From Blasia pusilla (lineage: Eukaryota), in assembly GCA_050084515.1 (NCBI GenBank), contig CM114271.1, positions 28,954,001 to 29,018,000 of the forward strand: DNA of 64,000 bases. Direction: 5' to 3'. Under the pieces are notes generated by a model, which had not been told where the DNA came from, did no database searches, and saw nothing but the letters and a program-made list of their open reading frames with translations. Position numbers and translations under genes: made by a program. This document shows positions 26,801-40,700 of this stretch, one piece after another (position 1 is the first letter of the stretch; each line of letters opens with the position of its first letter).

Positions 26801-28259
26801 AATTTTTTCTATCTATAGATTGAGAACTATTGCATGTGATAACTTTAATATGACACCTTCCGTAACTGAGACATGCGTCTGTGTAATGACAGTGACGGAC
26901 TGGTCCGGTGGTCTATACATCTCTCCGTCTATGGCAGGGAGCAGATCTGGTGCTCTTATAGCTGGAGCCTGGGCGGCCATGATGGCTGTCGGTGAAGAAG
27001 GTAGCTAGTTAGCTCTCTACATCGCTGCAAATTTGGGATTGAACGGCTTGTCATTCTGGCAGCAACTACAGGTTGCCTCGCATCTGCAGCCATATAAGGA
27101 CCTTTCTGTTCCATGCTTCAATGAGGAGAGGTTCATGGCAAATTTGTGCCGAGTTTCATGTATTTGCATATTTGACCAAAGTCGTGTGCTTCCATCTTTA
27201 TTAATATCTTTGACCTCTTTTGCTGTAGGTTACTTGGAGTGTGTCAGGAAAGTCATGGATACATCACAAAAGATTCAGAAAGGGTATTCGCGACTCATTA
27301 ACATTTTGCGCTTTTTGAACTGCTGTAGTCTTCCGTAAGGCAAGTGAATCTTCTAGACTGTGAAGCTGACAATGAGAGAAATATGATTAGATTTCGAAGG
27401 TGAAAAAGTAGGTGAATTTTATTCACTCTTTATCTAAAAAAAAACGCTTGAGATGTTTCTGAGTCTTGAATTCCCCATGGCTATGTGTTCTGCAGGATCA
27501 GTGTTATTCCAGGACTCTATGTCTTAGGAAAGCCAGACATGACAGTAGTGGCTTTCGGGTCAAATGAGTTTGATATCTACAAAGTGAACGATGTCATGGC
27601 GTCGAGAGGTTGGAGTCTCAATGCATTACAGAGACCAGCCAGGTGTGAAACTTTTAAATGATCTCTTGTCTGTCCTGTCGACTAGAGGATGTTGAACTGT
27701 CCGTGGGTTTTACTAGCCTCGCCCATCGTTCCCTCTAGGAAAGTAGATTGGGCTCCAAACGCTTGGTGAATAGTCTCTTTTGGAACGACACCATGGCTTG
27801 TTGCCCCCTTGATTCAATTTGTACCAACTTACATCCATGCTGCAGCGTACAAAATTTTGGTGGGTGCTGACTAACCAGAGCCTATTTTACTTCTGCAGTG
27901 TACACATCTGCGTAACCCTGCAGCACGTAGATGTGGTGGATAAATTCTTGGAAGACCTCACAGAATCGGTCACCCTTGTAAGTTCTCTCAAAATCGGTTA
28001 CTCCTTGGATGGCCATAGTTTACGTGTCGGATGGATTAATGGAGACTTTCTCATTGTTAAAGTTTTGCACAAGGTATGTATCCGCCCTTCATGGTAGGAT
28101 GGAGACTAATTATCCCAAAATTGCTATCCGGAGCAGGTTGTGGAGAATCCGGGGAAATTTGAAGATGGCATGGCACCAATTTATGGAGCAGCTGCAAAGA
28201 TGCCTGACAGAGGAACTGTAGGCGACATCCTGATAGCCTACATGGATAGTACTTGCTAG
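20805..28259 (+). CDS. DPL1: Sphingosine-1-phosphate lyase (PLP-dependent), 16 exons: 20805-21033, 21496-21538, 21652-21697, 22258-22409, 22818-22877, 22998-23222, 23929-24070, 24651-24701, 24838-24929, 25596-25722, 26437-26452, 26893-27000, 27229-27283, 27496-27642, 27899-27977, 28137-28259
   Basis: GT-AG introns with consistent phases. Motifs [60 protein letters not shown] (PLP lysine), GSRSG and MAPIYG...YMDSTC*. N-terminal hydrophobic anchor. The start could be ATG 20805 or 20844. Confidence 0.95.
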
Positions 28260-29224
28260 TTGTATCTGTAGTCATTGACGGAGTCATCAGAGCTTGATGC
28301 TTTTGAATGATAGGTTTGTATGCATTCTTATGGTCATCATCTTCGTAAATAACCTTCACGAGCGAGTGTCTGGCCCAAACTGCGGAAATCTTTCATTTGG
28401 GCAGAGTGTTCTTCAAAGTTCACATCTACTTCACGACAATGTCGAAGAAGTTGTAGAATCTCAAAATACCCCTGATGGAAATGATTCGGTGAAGGTTCGT
28501 TGAAGTTGCCACAATTTGTTTCTTTCATAAGGACTCATTGGCTACTCCATATCACCTTCGCCCGCCCTAGGCACCCCGTCGTGCCTTCCGACTGCCCATA
28601 CGACAAGTTACGTTTTGCAGTGAAGGCAGTCGTCTCAGGATTGGTTTGAGCAGCCCTATCAACCGATTCGTCGGAAATCTGGCCTTGGCCTAAATCGTGG
28701 TGGAATGACACCCTTGTCACATGTCACCACTAACCTTGGTGACTAGCACCCAATCATGCTGTACCGTTGCAATAGTTGAAATTCAAACTATTGTCATCCC
28801 TAAGCAGTTCACAATTGAAGATGATCTTCCTCAATTAAATTATCAACGCCTTTCTTTCCCCCGCTATCTTCCCTCCCTATTGCTAACTGTTGTTCCCAAG
28901 CCTATGACACAAACTTTAGATTATCTTAAAAACAAACCTCAAGAGCACAAAGAAAGGTAACACTCCAAGAGAAATATAAATTTTAATAGAAATGGGATTT
29001 GAAAATTGGGCATAAAGAAAATGTTTCACATGTTATGAGTAATTAATCGCTTTCTTCCAAGGGTCATACACTAGTTTTTCAAATTCTTTTTTTATCCATA
29101 GAAGGTCATGACGGTGAACCTCGTAGGGCCCTTTACCTGGCTTATGAGCGTTGTTGTACTTGTCCGATTAATATCCTTTTTCTACAAATTGCAAGACTCA
29201 CCATCTACAATCAAGAGCACCTTA

Positions 29225-29650
29225 TCTATATTATTATGGTAGAGTGTCTTTTCGATTTGCAAACACCTCTTTGCTTGACACATGGCAATTAGGCAGCAAG
29301 AAAATGTTTCATATGTTTTTGGCAGCAACAAAAAAATTGAATTTATCTTATAGCATCATTAATCTCTTCCCTTCACAGGTTATACACTAGCTCTTCACAC
29401 ACTTTTTTATTTCCCGTGCATCGCATAATCACCTTATCTATATTATTATGGGAGAGTGTCTTCTTGATTTGCAAACACCTCTTTGCTTGATACGTGGCGA
29501 TTGGGTTGCAAGAAAATATTTCATATTTTATGGGTAATAAAAAAAAATTGAATTTATGTGCAACATCATTAATCTTTTCCCTTCACGGACTATACACTAA
29601 CTCTTCAAACACTTATTAATTTCTCATGCATCGCACGGGCACCTTACTAG
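29225..29650 (+). mobile_element. Two head-to-tail copies of a ~213-bp non-autonomous Helitron (29225-29436, 29437-29650)
   Basis: Each unit starts A|TCTATATTATTA. The consensus 3' hairpin is CCCGTGC-ATC-GCACGGG, and the last unit ends CTAG|T. A partial third unit lies at ~29010-29100. Confidence 0.8.
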
Positions 29651-30636
29651 TATTTGATGGTAAACACATCAGGATACAAAGGAGGTGGGGCATAGAGAGC
29701 CAAAACCGGCCTTGAAGAAAGAGAAGGGGCTCTTTCCCCCTATCGACCAAACTCACCAACAACAAAGACAATATCAACAATACCTAGAGAACTATGACTA
29801 CTACTAAGTGGGCCTCTAGCATAGGCGTCTCAAACCGCCGAAGCCTACCGCAAAAGCCCATTTGCCTAGGCACGCTGTAAAGCTACGGAGAGCCGTCGCC
29901 TATAATAAAGAATCAAGAAGGGAAAGAGATAAGTATCGCAAAAAGGAAATGTTAATTAATGCAAACCAACTCATCGTGTTATGTGACTAATAAATTTAAG
30001 AAGAATATTAGTGGTTTTTTGGATTGAAAGAATGAGAGGCCTTCAATCTCTTGATTAATTATATTAATGTTTATGCTTGTGCGTTGTTGTAATGCCATTG
30101 AAATGTTTTGCCAAAAATAAATGGTGACTACGAAGAGAAAAGAATTATGAGAAGAGGCAAGATGATGATTCTCAAGGGAGTGATGTGCAACTCTTTCAAA
30201 GAACGTATAAAGAAAATATATGTAAGTATTCAAACATTTCCATTGTAAAAGGAATAAATACATCAATTTTATTTCTCATTGCATAACTCAACTCTTTGAT
30301 TCTTGTAGGCACATTGAACGTAGAACTTTTAGTATGCGCAGTTCGACACATCGAGTGAGAACTTGTTGGATCAACAACCACCACATCATCCAAGGGACAA
30401 AAGTTACCTCAAGACATAACAAAATCAAGTCTTTGACTAGAAGTTGCCCATGTAACAGAAAGTAAGATATGCACATGCTCTTGCCCAACTATGTATCTTG
30501 CAATACGAGCCATTGATGCCACTTTATTTTTTATCACATCATGGTTAGCCGTTTGTTCTTCATCATGTGCATATCAGAGAATGTGGATACCCTTTGCGTC
30601 AATGGGCTTCTCACACACATGATTCAACTTGCATTA

Positions 30637-31515
30637 GTGATATGGATCACAAGAAGACGACTAATGATGGGGTCACATGAATATTTAACATTTTTGCTCT
30701 TAGGATCCTAGAGATGTATGTCATGGTAGGTAGGGATAGATGGCTATTTGGAATTATAGGGATCTAACCACCAACTATGGAAGCAATTGGAGATGTTTCG
30801 GTATACCATCATTTGTGTGTTTAGATGTCATGAGTGAGTATGGTAACTTGAATTTATGTGTTTGGTGATGGCGATGAAGTTGTATAGCGATAAGTGTATG
30901 CACAACAATTTTCACGTCCTTTATAGGAAATTTACGAGTATTTGTAGGTTGTCTTCAAGATGGTTGGATGATGGTCTATTGAGGACTAGGGTACCTTCAG
31001 AGAATAGGTTTCCCTTTCTTTTGGCTCCTTTGGAACCATATTGAAAATTTTGTTATTTCGAGTAAGTTTCTATTGTAAGTATCTTTCACTTTTTCATTTC
31101 AAGAAGTGGCTCTTGATCCACTATTGCAAGTTAAGAACCAAGGAGGTGACTTTTGTGCACATGTCATCAAGATCCAAGGAGAGAGCTTTGGGGAGAGGGA
31201 AGGGGTATACCCAATGAGAGCTCATTCCCTCTCTGTTGAAACTCCTTTTATAAGGCAACGGTCCGCCAACGGAGCTATAATCTTCCTTGACTTGTGAGTA
31301 ACACTAGCCTTTCACTAGGAGAGTGGGTTTGGTTTGAGATGAAAGAAACATGGTGTGTGCGTGAGAGATTCGATGTGACTTGATTTATTGGAGATATTTC
31401 ACTACATCATCCTCTATGAGTTTAGATTCCATGAGTGAATATGATATCTTGTTTTTATATGTTTATGTTTGGTAATAGCAATGTATGGAGTGTAACGATG
31501 TGTATATGCATGATG
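30637..31515 (+). mobile_element. Isolated, diverged 3' end (3' UTR-B-A-B) of the DNMT-Gypsy family
   Basis: Collinear with ~52226-53130: B 30786-30907, spacer AT, A 30910-31387, B 31387-31515. Confidence 0.8.
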
Positions 31516-32023
31516 CCTCAACGAGTGGCATGTCCTCTTCTATCGTAAAAATACTCCATTCCTCGATGCTCATGTGGAACCATGATCAAGCTAATACGAT
31601 GTGGCCACAAGCTCCACATAGCATCATAGCAGCAATCGGTAATGTGTTATGGCAACAAAGGTCACGACATGATACTTGATCAACAAGAGCAACTACCAAT
31701 CAATATGCATATCTAAGAAATAATCGGAACTCAACCATATCATTCAATTGCTCCCTAATATAATTGGGCACCCGACATGCCATTGGAAAGAGAAAATGTT
31801 CAATCACGACACAAAAAAGGGACAAAAAGCCATAAACAAAGAAATATATGGTGCGGATTGATCAAACAATGGAGAAAAAAACTTGGCAATGTAATCTACA
31901 TGTTAGTGGTCGGAAGACACATACGGTTTATGCAATCAAGCCAATTAAGATCTAACTTAAATTTCACCCCTAACCTTGGATCCAATTGACTCCCCTTCCC
32001 CGACTCAAAAGAAGACTTTAGCA

Positions 32024-32976
32024 TGCTCATGCTAGGATGGTTGCGCTTTGGAGAGGTCTCTTGGAAGAGTCCAAGAGACGAAACGCGTGAATAGAGTTTG
32101 TGCATTTCATGCGTTTATGATCGTGACAAGAAACCTTGACCAAATGTGAAACAAGACTTGAGATGAGTTGAGTCTAGGAAGGTTGGTTGCCAAAGAGGTG
32201 AGAACCAGATTTGGAACGCGACTAGCGTTTGGGGTTCTGACTGTATTTTGGACCATAACGTTTAGTCCTGAGATGAGTTTGGGACAAATAAGGTGGCATT
32301 GGAAAGCTTATGAAAATTCGGTTTCAATGCAGTAGAGATCTTAGAAAATGCACAAGAAAAGGCTGAGATATTTTCCGAAAATGACTATATGGGGAGTTGG
32401 GTTGAGAGCCAAAATGAGGGGGCCGACTGTCTTTTCCCCAAAGTTAGGGGGAGGGCAGATATTCCCAAAAGTAATAGTAAGGGGGAGTGTCTCCAAGGAT
32501 TCTTGGGATCCAAACCCCACTTTGGGCACCAAAGGGCGGCTCAAGGGCATAGGATGGAACGGGAGTTTGGCGTTGGGACTCAAAACCCAAACCTGATCCA
32601 AGGGAGTGGATTTCAGAAGCCACACTTGGATTCCAACTCGCAACTGATTTTAGTGAGTCTTGGTTAGGGACTCATTATAAGTCCATTGGATAGTTGGGAC
32701 CGCCAAGTGTGCAAACACCATTTGAGGTTCCTGAATCGACGAGAAAGTTTGTCCCAAATCTTGAGAAACTTGTCTGTGTTGTAAAGCGAGAAATTAGGAA
32801 GGTTGAGCTTGATGAGAAGCTGAGTCGAGAACTCATTGAGTTAGAGCACTGATTGACCCAAAACCGACTAATGTGAGTGTGTGTTTGGGTGCAGATTAGC
32901 ATTGAAAGCATGTCCTACTAAACGCACATTTCTACAACACTAAAGATTTACGTTCAAGGAGAGTAGGCGTACGACA
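32024..32976 (+). repeat. 5' LTR (5'-truncated) of a Gypsy element
   Basis: Similar to the solo LTRs at 11493 and 17296; ends GGCGTACGACA immediately before a PBS. Confidence 0.9.
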
Positions 32977-32978
32977 CG

Positions 32979-32990
32979 TGGTATCAGAGC
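32979..32990 (+). promoter_or_regulatory. Primer binding site, initiator tRNA-Met
   Basis: TGGTATCAGAGC, 2 bp after the LTR-terminal CA. Confidence 0.9.
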
Positions 32991-33193
32991 TTATCCTTGG
33001 TGAGCATGAACTTGGGGTCGTGGGAGATCTAGATGTTTGAGAAGAACTCAGGGTAACAAGGAAACCTCAATGCTCAGGGAGAAACACAAGAGACAAGGAG
33101 AAGATCTGAGAAGGCGAGGACTCAAGAATGGCAACCAAGGGTGAATAACCAAGGAAACCGCGTGTCAATCTAAAAAATCCGAGAGACGAACCA

Positions 33194-35260
33194 ATGACTG
33201 ACCGTGAGCCATATGAGGAGATAACGACTCCCAAAGCAACGAGCCCCAGACATGAGGATGTCCTAGACTCAAATCTTTCCGCGTGGCCTTCGCCTCCAAA
33301 CTCAAGCTGCCCATTCCTCTTTGTCCAGATGATGGACTTGATGATTGAGCAGATGACCCAACAGAGCAAGCAAATTGTTGAGCTTGAGTCAAACAGAGCT
33401 TCTAGTTCCGGCAAAAAGCTTTGTAAGACGAATTTTCTGACGCCATTCACAAGAATGGGACGGTCTTGGAAAGTGAACGAGTTGATGACGGAGATGGCAC
33501 TTAACTTCTAGGCGCAAAGGGAGGAGGAGCATAACAAGATGACTATAGTGGTCACATTCCTAAAGGATCACGCATTCCATTGATGGACAACTCATCGCAA
33601 AGAACATCTAGGCCGTGGAATTGCTCTGAGTTGGGAAGAGTTCAAGGTGTTGATTGGCGACTGATTCACTCCGGAGTACCAAGAGTTTCGCGATGGTGTG
33701 GAGTTCGTACGGTTACAGCAAAATGGGTCCTTTAGTGCTTATGTGCGAGAGTTCATTGCAAGAATGAACTCGATCCCAAAGACGGATGAATTTGCAAAGA
33801 AGGTGATCTTCTTAAGTGGACGTAAGCCGAGCGCAGAAAAGGCCCTCTTCCGGATGCCAGAGCTATCGAAGACCTGCGAGGAACTTTTGAAGTTGGCGGA
33901 TCAGATAGGAGACAATTAGGTCCAAGTCCAAAGACCCTCCGAGCATAAAAAGGTTTTCAAAGTTACCAGAAAACAAGGGGGTGTCCTAGAGGGTTTGGAG
34001 TGGGAGGGGGAATGTGACCAAGAAGAGTCTCCTACCCCGGCAGTAAAACAAGTGGAACCCAATGCATTGCCAAATGGGGCTCAAAATTCTAAGTTAGAGA
34101 ACGCCGAAGTGATTTGCTACAATTGTGGTGAATCGGGGCACCTGGCCAAGAGGTGTCTGAAGCCTAAGGTCAATAATGGAGTATGACTACTTTTGTTGTT
34201 AAGCTACTATTGGCGGGAGGTCAAGAAATGTCCCTTCAAATTACCAAGAGGGCGCCAATCTGTTGTACCTTAGATCCTAGTCGCGATCAAGAATCTAGGA
34301 TCTAGGATCTAAGGTACAAGAGATTGTACGGCTTGTAGTCGTGATGTTGCTTGTTGATACAGGTGCTTCGCACTCCTTTCTGAGTTTGAGATTCGTGAAG
34401 AAGTTGGGTTTGTCAACCTCTAAGGCAAACAAGTTGTTCGGGTATGCTTTTCTGGAAGCAAGTCTCATCAGATTTCAAAGTGGATCTGGTGCTAACCTTT
34501 GGATACGGAGTATCGGAGTAAAAGGAGAATTTTGTTCTATGTGATATAGACAAGATCAAAGGAGTCTAGAGGAACATGTTGAGAGCGGCGTATGAGGTGG
34601 AGCTAAGGCGAAGACCATTGAGGTTGAGCGTCTTCGTAAAAGGAAAACGGTTGCAGGTGAAGTTGGTTCGTAAGGTTCCTATGAAGAAGGAGTTTATGAA
34701 TTCCATCTTTCATACGGAGACAGATGAAAAGATGTTCATCTAAAAGGATGATGTACTTATCTATTCTAAGTCACTAGAGGGACACTCGATACTTAAAGGC
34801 GGTGTTGTGGTAACTTTGGGAGCTTGCGTTGAAGCGACCATAGTTGAGAAACCGTTCAAGGTGCCCAGATGTTAGGGACTAGAAAATTGCATGAATGTTG
34901 GTGCAAAAAGGGAGACTTGTAGCATACGAGAGCAAGAAGCTTAGCGACACCGAAAGAAGATGGCCCGCTCATAAGAAAGAGATTTTCAAGTGAAGTGATG
35001 TCACTATTTGGGACTTCACAAGACTCAAGTATTCACCGATAATATTTTTCTCAAGTATTTTGAGACCCAAAATCACGTGACACCGAAGCAACTCCGATGG
35101 CATGATACCTTAACGTTGATGAATGTTGAGCTAATTCACGAGCCATGGAAGGATAATGTCATTCCAGATGCGTTGAGTCATAAGGATGAGCATATGCCAT
35201 CGACGACATAAGTCTTGAGAGCAATATTCCCTAAAGAAATAGACTTGGAGTGAAGGATTC
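33194..35260 (+). pseudogene. Ty3/Gypsy gag-protease with deleted RT/RNase H remnants, no integrase
   Basis: Retrotransposon gag (LQQNGSFSAYVREF), zinc knuckle CYNCGESGHLAKRC, protease LVDTGASHSF, DDVLIYSKS remnant (~34747), and RNase H motifs VAYESKKL, FTDN and NVIPDALS. Confidence 0.85.
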
Positions 35261-37795
35261 GTGAAGGATACATATGTTGTTGAGACCCCTTCCATGGCGG
35301 ATCCATTCCCCATACTCACATTCTACAAAAAATGAATATTGTTTTCCTACACATCCCTACTACAGAAAAAATCCTCTCATAAAGAGAATGAATCAACATG
35401 CTCTTGCTGCTTATCCTTTCCCTCTTCTCAAGCTCAATCCCTTGTGATCTATGCATCCAAATCCTCCTCAACCTTAACCTAGGATAGTGGGTTAATAGGC
35501 ATTTCACTAAAGGGAAAAGCAACTCTATTTTAAAATAGGGAACTTGCCCAAAGTGGTTAAATATAACTCCTAATGAGCCCAAAATATGGGATAACCGACA
35601 CACTCATGTTACCCAGTTTGTAGCCAACCATCCCCGACCTCCTAGAACTAAGGTATGACCTCTCCAAATACGTCGTGTGAATACTCATTATGGCGCTATA
35701 TAAGACGTCAAACCTTTTGAAAGTCACCAAATATAAAGATATGCATTATGGTATCTACTTGCTTTAATCATATAAATCAATCCACCTATATATATAGAAA
35801 AATCTCCTCATATATATTTTTTCTTTTAATCATCTATTAAAAAAAAAGAATTCTCTCCATATAAAATTTATGCTTCTATATTGCATCTACAACTCCACAT
35901 ATGCCTATCTCATATATTTTGGAATCCATTATAATGCACAAAAATGGAGACACAAATATCAATCCACTAGTTCATCGCTTCCCCCTTACGTTTTATCCTC
36001 CTCTCTATATAAATACTTTGAAAGGTTTTTTGTGTAATCATGAACGTCTCTCTACATCTAAAAATCAAATGTGTTTTATCATTTGCTTCCTAAAGATCTC
36101 AACCCTCTTCTAAGAAAGAAAATCTAAACCCCTTAGTCTCCTTGTATAAAAATTTTAAGATCTACAAAAGATGTTTTCCTAAAGATAAATTGTCAATTCA
36201 TTTCTTACGGGCCCATCATAACCAATTTCATTCATTCATTATTCCAACAACAATTGAGATCTATACAATCTCTTCTTCCACTTGCTTCTCAAGAAATTCT
36301 ACATCTTTTCCATCAATAAATTATATAAGGGATTGATCGACCAAATGAAGTACTCATCAGGGAACAGTCATTGAGCTTGTTTACATTCATGTGCGGGTAC
36401 ATAAGTGGGAAATTATCATACTCCTAATTTCATTATTCATCCATTTCTTCTTCCACAAAGTATATTATCATCGGCTTTACGAATATATTTTGACCTCCTT
36501 ATCCTTTTCTTTTAGGTAGGTCTAATTGTGTATGCGAAAAGCCTATTGGTGCAAATTGTATCCACATTTTTTGATGTGCCCGTGATAAAGAATAAACTAA
36601 GACCCATGATGTGATCTGAGACGCATTGGTATTAACGGCTTGTATTAGGGAATACAAGGCATGGGCAACTTGTTCAGCCTTTTATCACACAAGAAGCCTT
36701 AGGTCAACAAGTAGACAAGTTATGTCCCAAGGTAGTTTTCGTCTATTAGACGGTACCATGATTGCTGATCCAACACATTTTTAATTAATATCTCAAACTA
36801 CACATTAAAGAAATTGCAATATGTACAACAAAAATCAAAAAATAATTAAATTTTGCAATGGAACATGTGATCCCGACTTTCTCCTTTCACACAGTGGTTT
36901 TTAAGACATCTTTTACATTGTAGTTTTAAAACACATGTATCTTTTGATACGTTCGGGAAAACATGTGCTAACCATTACTTAGAAAATCATCAAATTGCCC
37001 CTCTTCTGCAATCCTTCTCTTTGTTATCATTGCTTGTTGACAATGTATCTTGATGATATTTCGACGTGCACAAGAATTTCCTTCTCATGTGACCAAGCTC
37101 TCGTCAAATATGGTGTAACTGACTTAATCCATACAGATTTTGTGTCCACCAAGCCTGTAGGATGTAAAAGTTCACTCCTGCAGTCTGCAGCCTCACTTTT
37201 CTGTTTCGGTGTGACATACCTACAACCAGTGTAGGTTTGGAGCTCATAAAGGTGGTTAGAGATTACCACCACCTACACTAGCTTTCGAGCTGGAAAATGT
37301 GAGTAAAGGAATGGATAGCTTATAAATGAGCTCATTTTAAACTCAGAGGCAACTTGTAAAGGAGAAGACGAACATCTGCTGATACAAAATGCAATTACCT
37401 CGAAAAAAGATGGATATGTCAAAAAGGACAATCTTTCCGAGCAAAGCTGACTGCTGCAACCTTCATTTACAAGACAGACCTGCACATGGACATTAACCCG
37501 CTATTGCTTCTCTGAATGCCCTGGTTCTTGTAGTGGAACATCCCGTCTCAGGAAGTCTATGTTTCACTACTAAGTTCATGCAGCTGCATGGGCCAGTGGA
37601 TACCCACGGTGGCAACAAGAATTGTGAGGCCACTCAGGCTCCATACCGGGACAGCTTCAAGTATAGGACAATGTAACCATAAAAAATGGCCACTAATTAG
37701 TGGTTACAGAAAGTCAGCAGCATGCTGTCCTGGATTGTACCGCGGAACAGAACCCTAGGTTTATAATCCACAAAATTGAAGTCCTTTGGTGCACC

Positions 37796-40700
37796 TCACA
37801 ACACTTTGATAGACCAGTCCTCGGCGATTTTGACATTGGGCAGTCTCACAACTAGAGTGTTAGACTGATGATATCCAATGCGAAGGAGTGGTGCACCAAC
37901 TTCAGCGGCAACATGGGATCCACTAGACTCTACAAGCACACGATGAGCAGATATATCTTTTGGCCTCAAACCTAAGAATATGATGCGTTCCACCGTGCAG
38001 GGAGAGGTGTACAGTTCCTTCCCAACTAATGAGGGAGCAAGATTGACCGAGGATAAGCGTCCATTGGAGAAAGTGAAGAGTCGATGTATGTAGGCACCTC
38101 CTTCGAACTCAAAGCTCTTGCCATCATCGACATACAGCTCACCTTGCGCTTCGTAAGAGCTATTCAGTGCCACCACCTTTTGTCACACAATAGAAGCCGT
38201 TTATGTCAGCAGTTGTCAAGGAAAGGGCTTCCAGGAAAAGTTCTCCAAGACATGATCCTTTATATTTTGAAATTCAAGGGATTCAATAATCTAGCCATGA
38301 GCACACCTCTTTGATTTCTCTGTAGCACTAGGGCTCCAAACGCATAGACATTGGATGCTCGCTAATTTCTTGAGTACAAACTAGACATCTACCTAAGATT
38401 TAATAGAGGTGCATATTAAAAAGTGTCTAGATAGGACATGGAAAAAGTTATACCAGAGTGTAAGGATCATTTTCCATCTGGGTGGAGCTTCGCCTGAATC
38501 TATCCTTGCGTGGGATGATACTGCCTCCTCTTTGGAATGAGGGTATTGACTCCGGAATAACAGACAGCTTCACGCTGTGACCTCCGGGATAAGCAGTCCC
38601 ACTCCTGACATCATACCAAGACTGGGAACCTGGGAAATAGACCTCCTCAGATGTAGAACCCTGTGTAGAAGCACAGCTTAGAAGCAAGGATTGAGACAGT
38701 AATTCCATATCTTTGAAGTAAAAGAAACTGAACATGTCACTCTTTCCCAACTGTTCACAAAGTTAAGTTCCCTCATTCATTAAAATCTGTGCTCTCGTTA
38801 TAAGGACTGTGCAATGGCAACTTGACCTTGAGAAAAAGAGCTAAATTATTGACTCTCACCAATGGGGACAAGAATCGGAAGTTTCCTTGTAGTGCATAGC
38901 AGATTGACATATGATCACCACAAATGAAGTGAGAGTGCAACGAAGTATCCAAGATGGCCATCAGGAAAAGCTCACAACTAGTACTTGGGTTGTCCAGAAG
39001 GATGTCATTGCCACACTCTGCATGCTGTGGACAGATTACACGAGATCCGGGCCCTTACCTCAGAGTAGACACCATGCACCAAAAGATCCCTTCCAACCAG
39101 GAACTGATCATCCATGCCAAAGGTAATTGTTTCCTTCGGGTACTCTAACCACAGAGGTCGCATAACTGGTAATCCATTTACATTGGCCTCCCTAAATAGA
39201 GTGTAGAAGTATGGTAGAAGAGCATATCTCGTGTGCACAGCCTCGCGAATCAAGGACGTATAAGGCTCTCTGTGAATGGAAAACATTATTATTGCATTGT
39301 GAGAAAATATGATCTTATCACATCAAAAGACCCATGGAAAGTATACTTTTTTCGGTCAGTTAGTTCCTTCCAGAACCGTTGAACATGTCTCCCTCATATC
39401 CTAAAGAGATCCACCTGAAAATAATAACACAAAGAAACAGAAAATGAAAGTGTCATCTTTCATACGCTCTGTAGACACAGAAAAAAAGAGAAAGAGTAAA
39501 CTCACCCAAAGAGCCATGGTTCCCTCCGCTTTGTGTCAAGATGGGCATGATTTCGGAGAAAAGGGTAGTACGCACCCAATTGATACCATCGAGTTAGAAG
39601 CTCAGGAGATGGATTCCCAAAAAATCCTCCAACATCGGCGCCTGCGAAGGACCAGGCAAAACAAATTCTCTAGTAATTTCTTGTAGCATCACGAGTCATC
39701 AATATGCACGGACACAGACTCTCCATAACAACTCAATCATTAAAAATGGTCCCAGACCAGTCCCAATGATCGCTTCAGTTAGCTGGAAGGGCTTGCTTAC
39801 CTGAGAAAGCAACTCCAACTAGCCCCAGGGTCAAAATCATAGGTACAGAGACCCGCAAATGATCCCAATCGGCGGTGTTATCTCCTGTCCAAACTGCACT
39901 AACTCTCTGAGTCCCAGCAAACATTGCCCTGGAGAGGACAAAAGGCCTCTCTTTGTAGCCTCCACGTTTCTTGAGACCCTCCACAGTGGCCATGTGAAAG
40001 TAAAAACCATATGCATTATGAACATCTCGATGTTCCACGCCTCCAATGTGTATGTTATCTCTCGGCATGGTTGCCTGCATTCAACATAAGAAGAAAGAGA
40101 ACCCCGGAGATATTACCTAGTACACAAACGCTCTTGGGTCAAAGCCAAAAGCATTATAGCAGAATTCAGAAACAAAGTGACAGTAAATCCATTGAGGGTG
40201 CAAGTAGAACGTCTAGTGCTTGGAAGTTAAGCTTCTACTGACGCTGAGAAGCTTACCTCTGGACCATTGAAGACGGAGGGCTCGTTCATATCATTCCAGA
40301 TGTGGAGAATAGGAGTGGATCCTGTATAGCTACTGTATGAGAATTTGTCAGCCCACCATGCGCGAACTTCCGGGTCAAGCATGTCGAGATAAGATGATGA
40401 GCCTGGCCAGCACCAGCCATCGTAATCCTGACCATGTTTATTTTTTATGTAATACCCTTTCGAAGTCGCCTCTTTATGAATATGATATCCGTTGTCCCTC
40501 TTGATATGAGGATCCACAATAGTCACAAAATGCCGTCCTTTGGCAGCAATCTTGTCTTGCATTTCTTTGGGGTTTGGAAACAAAGTATGATCCCAAGTGA
40601 AATACCTCTTGCCGTCAGTATGCTCGATATCGAGCCACATGACATCGTACGGAATGTCATGTTCATCAAACCCTGCATCCACAGCAGCCACATCTGCCTC

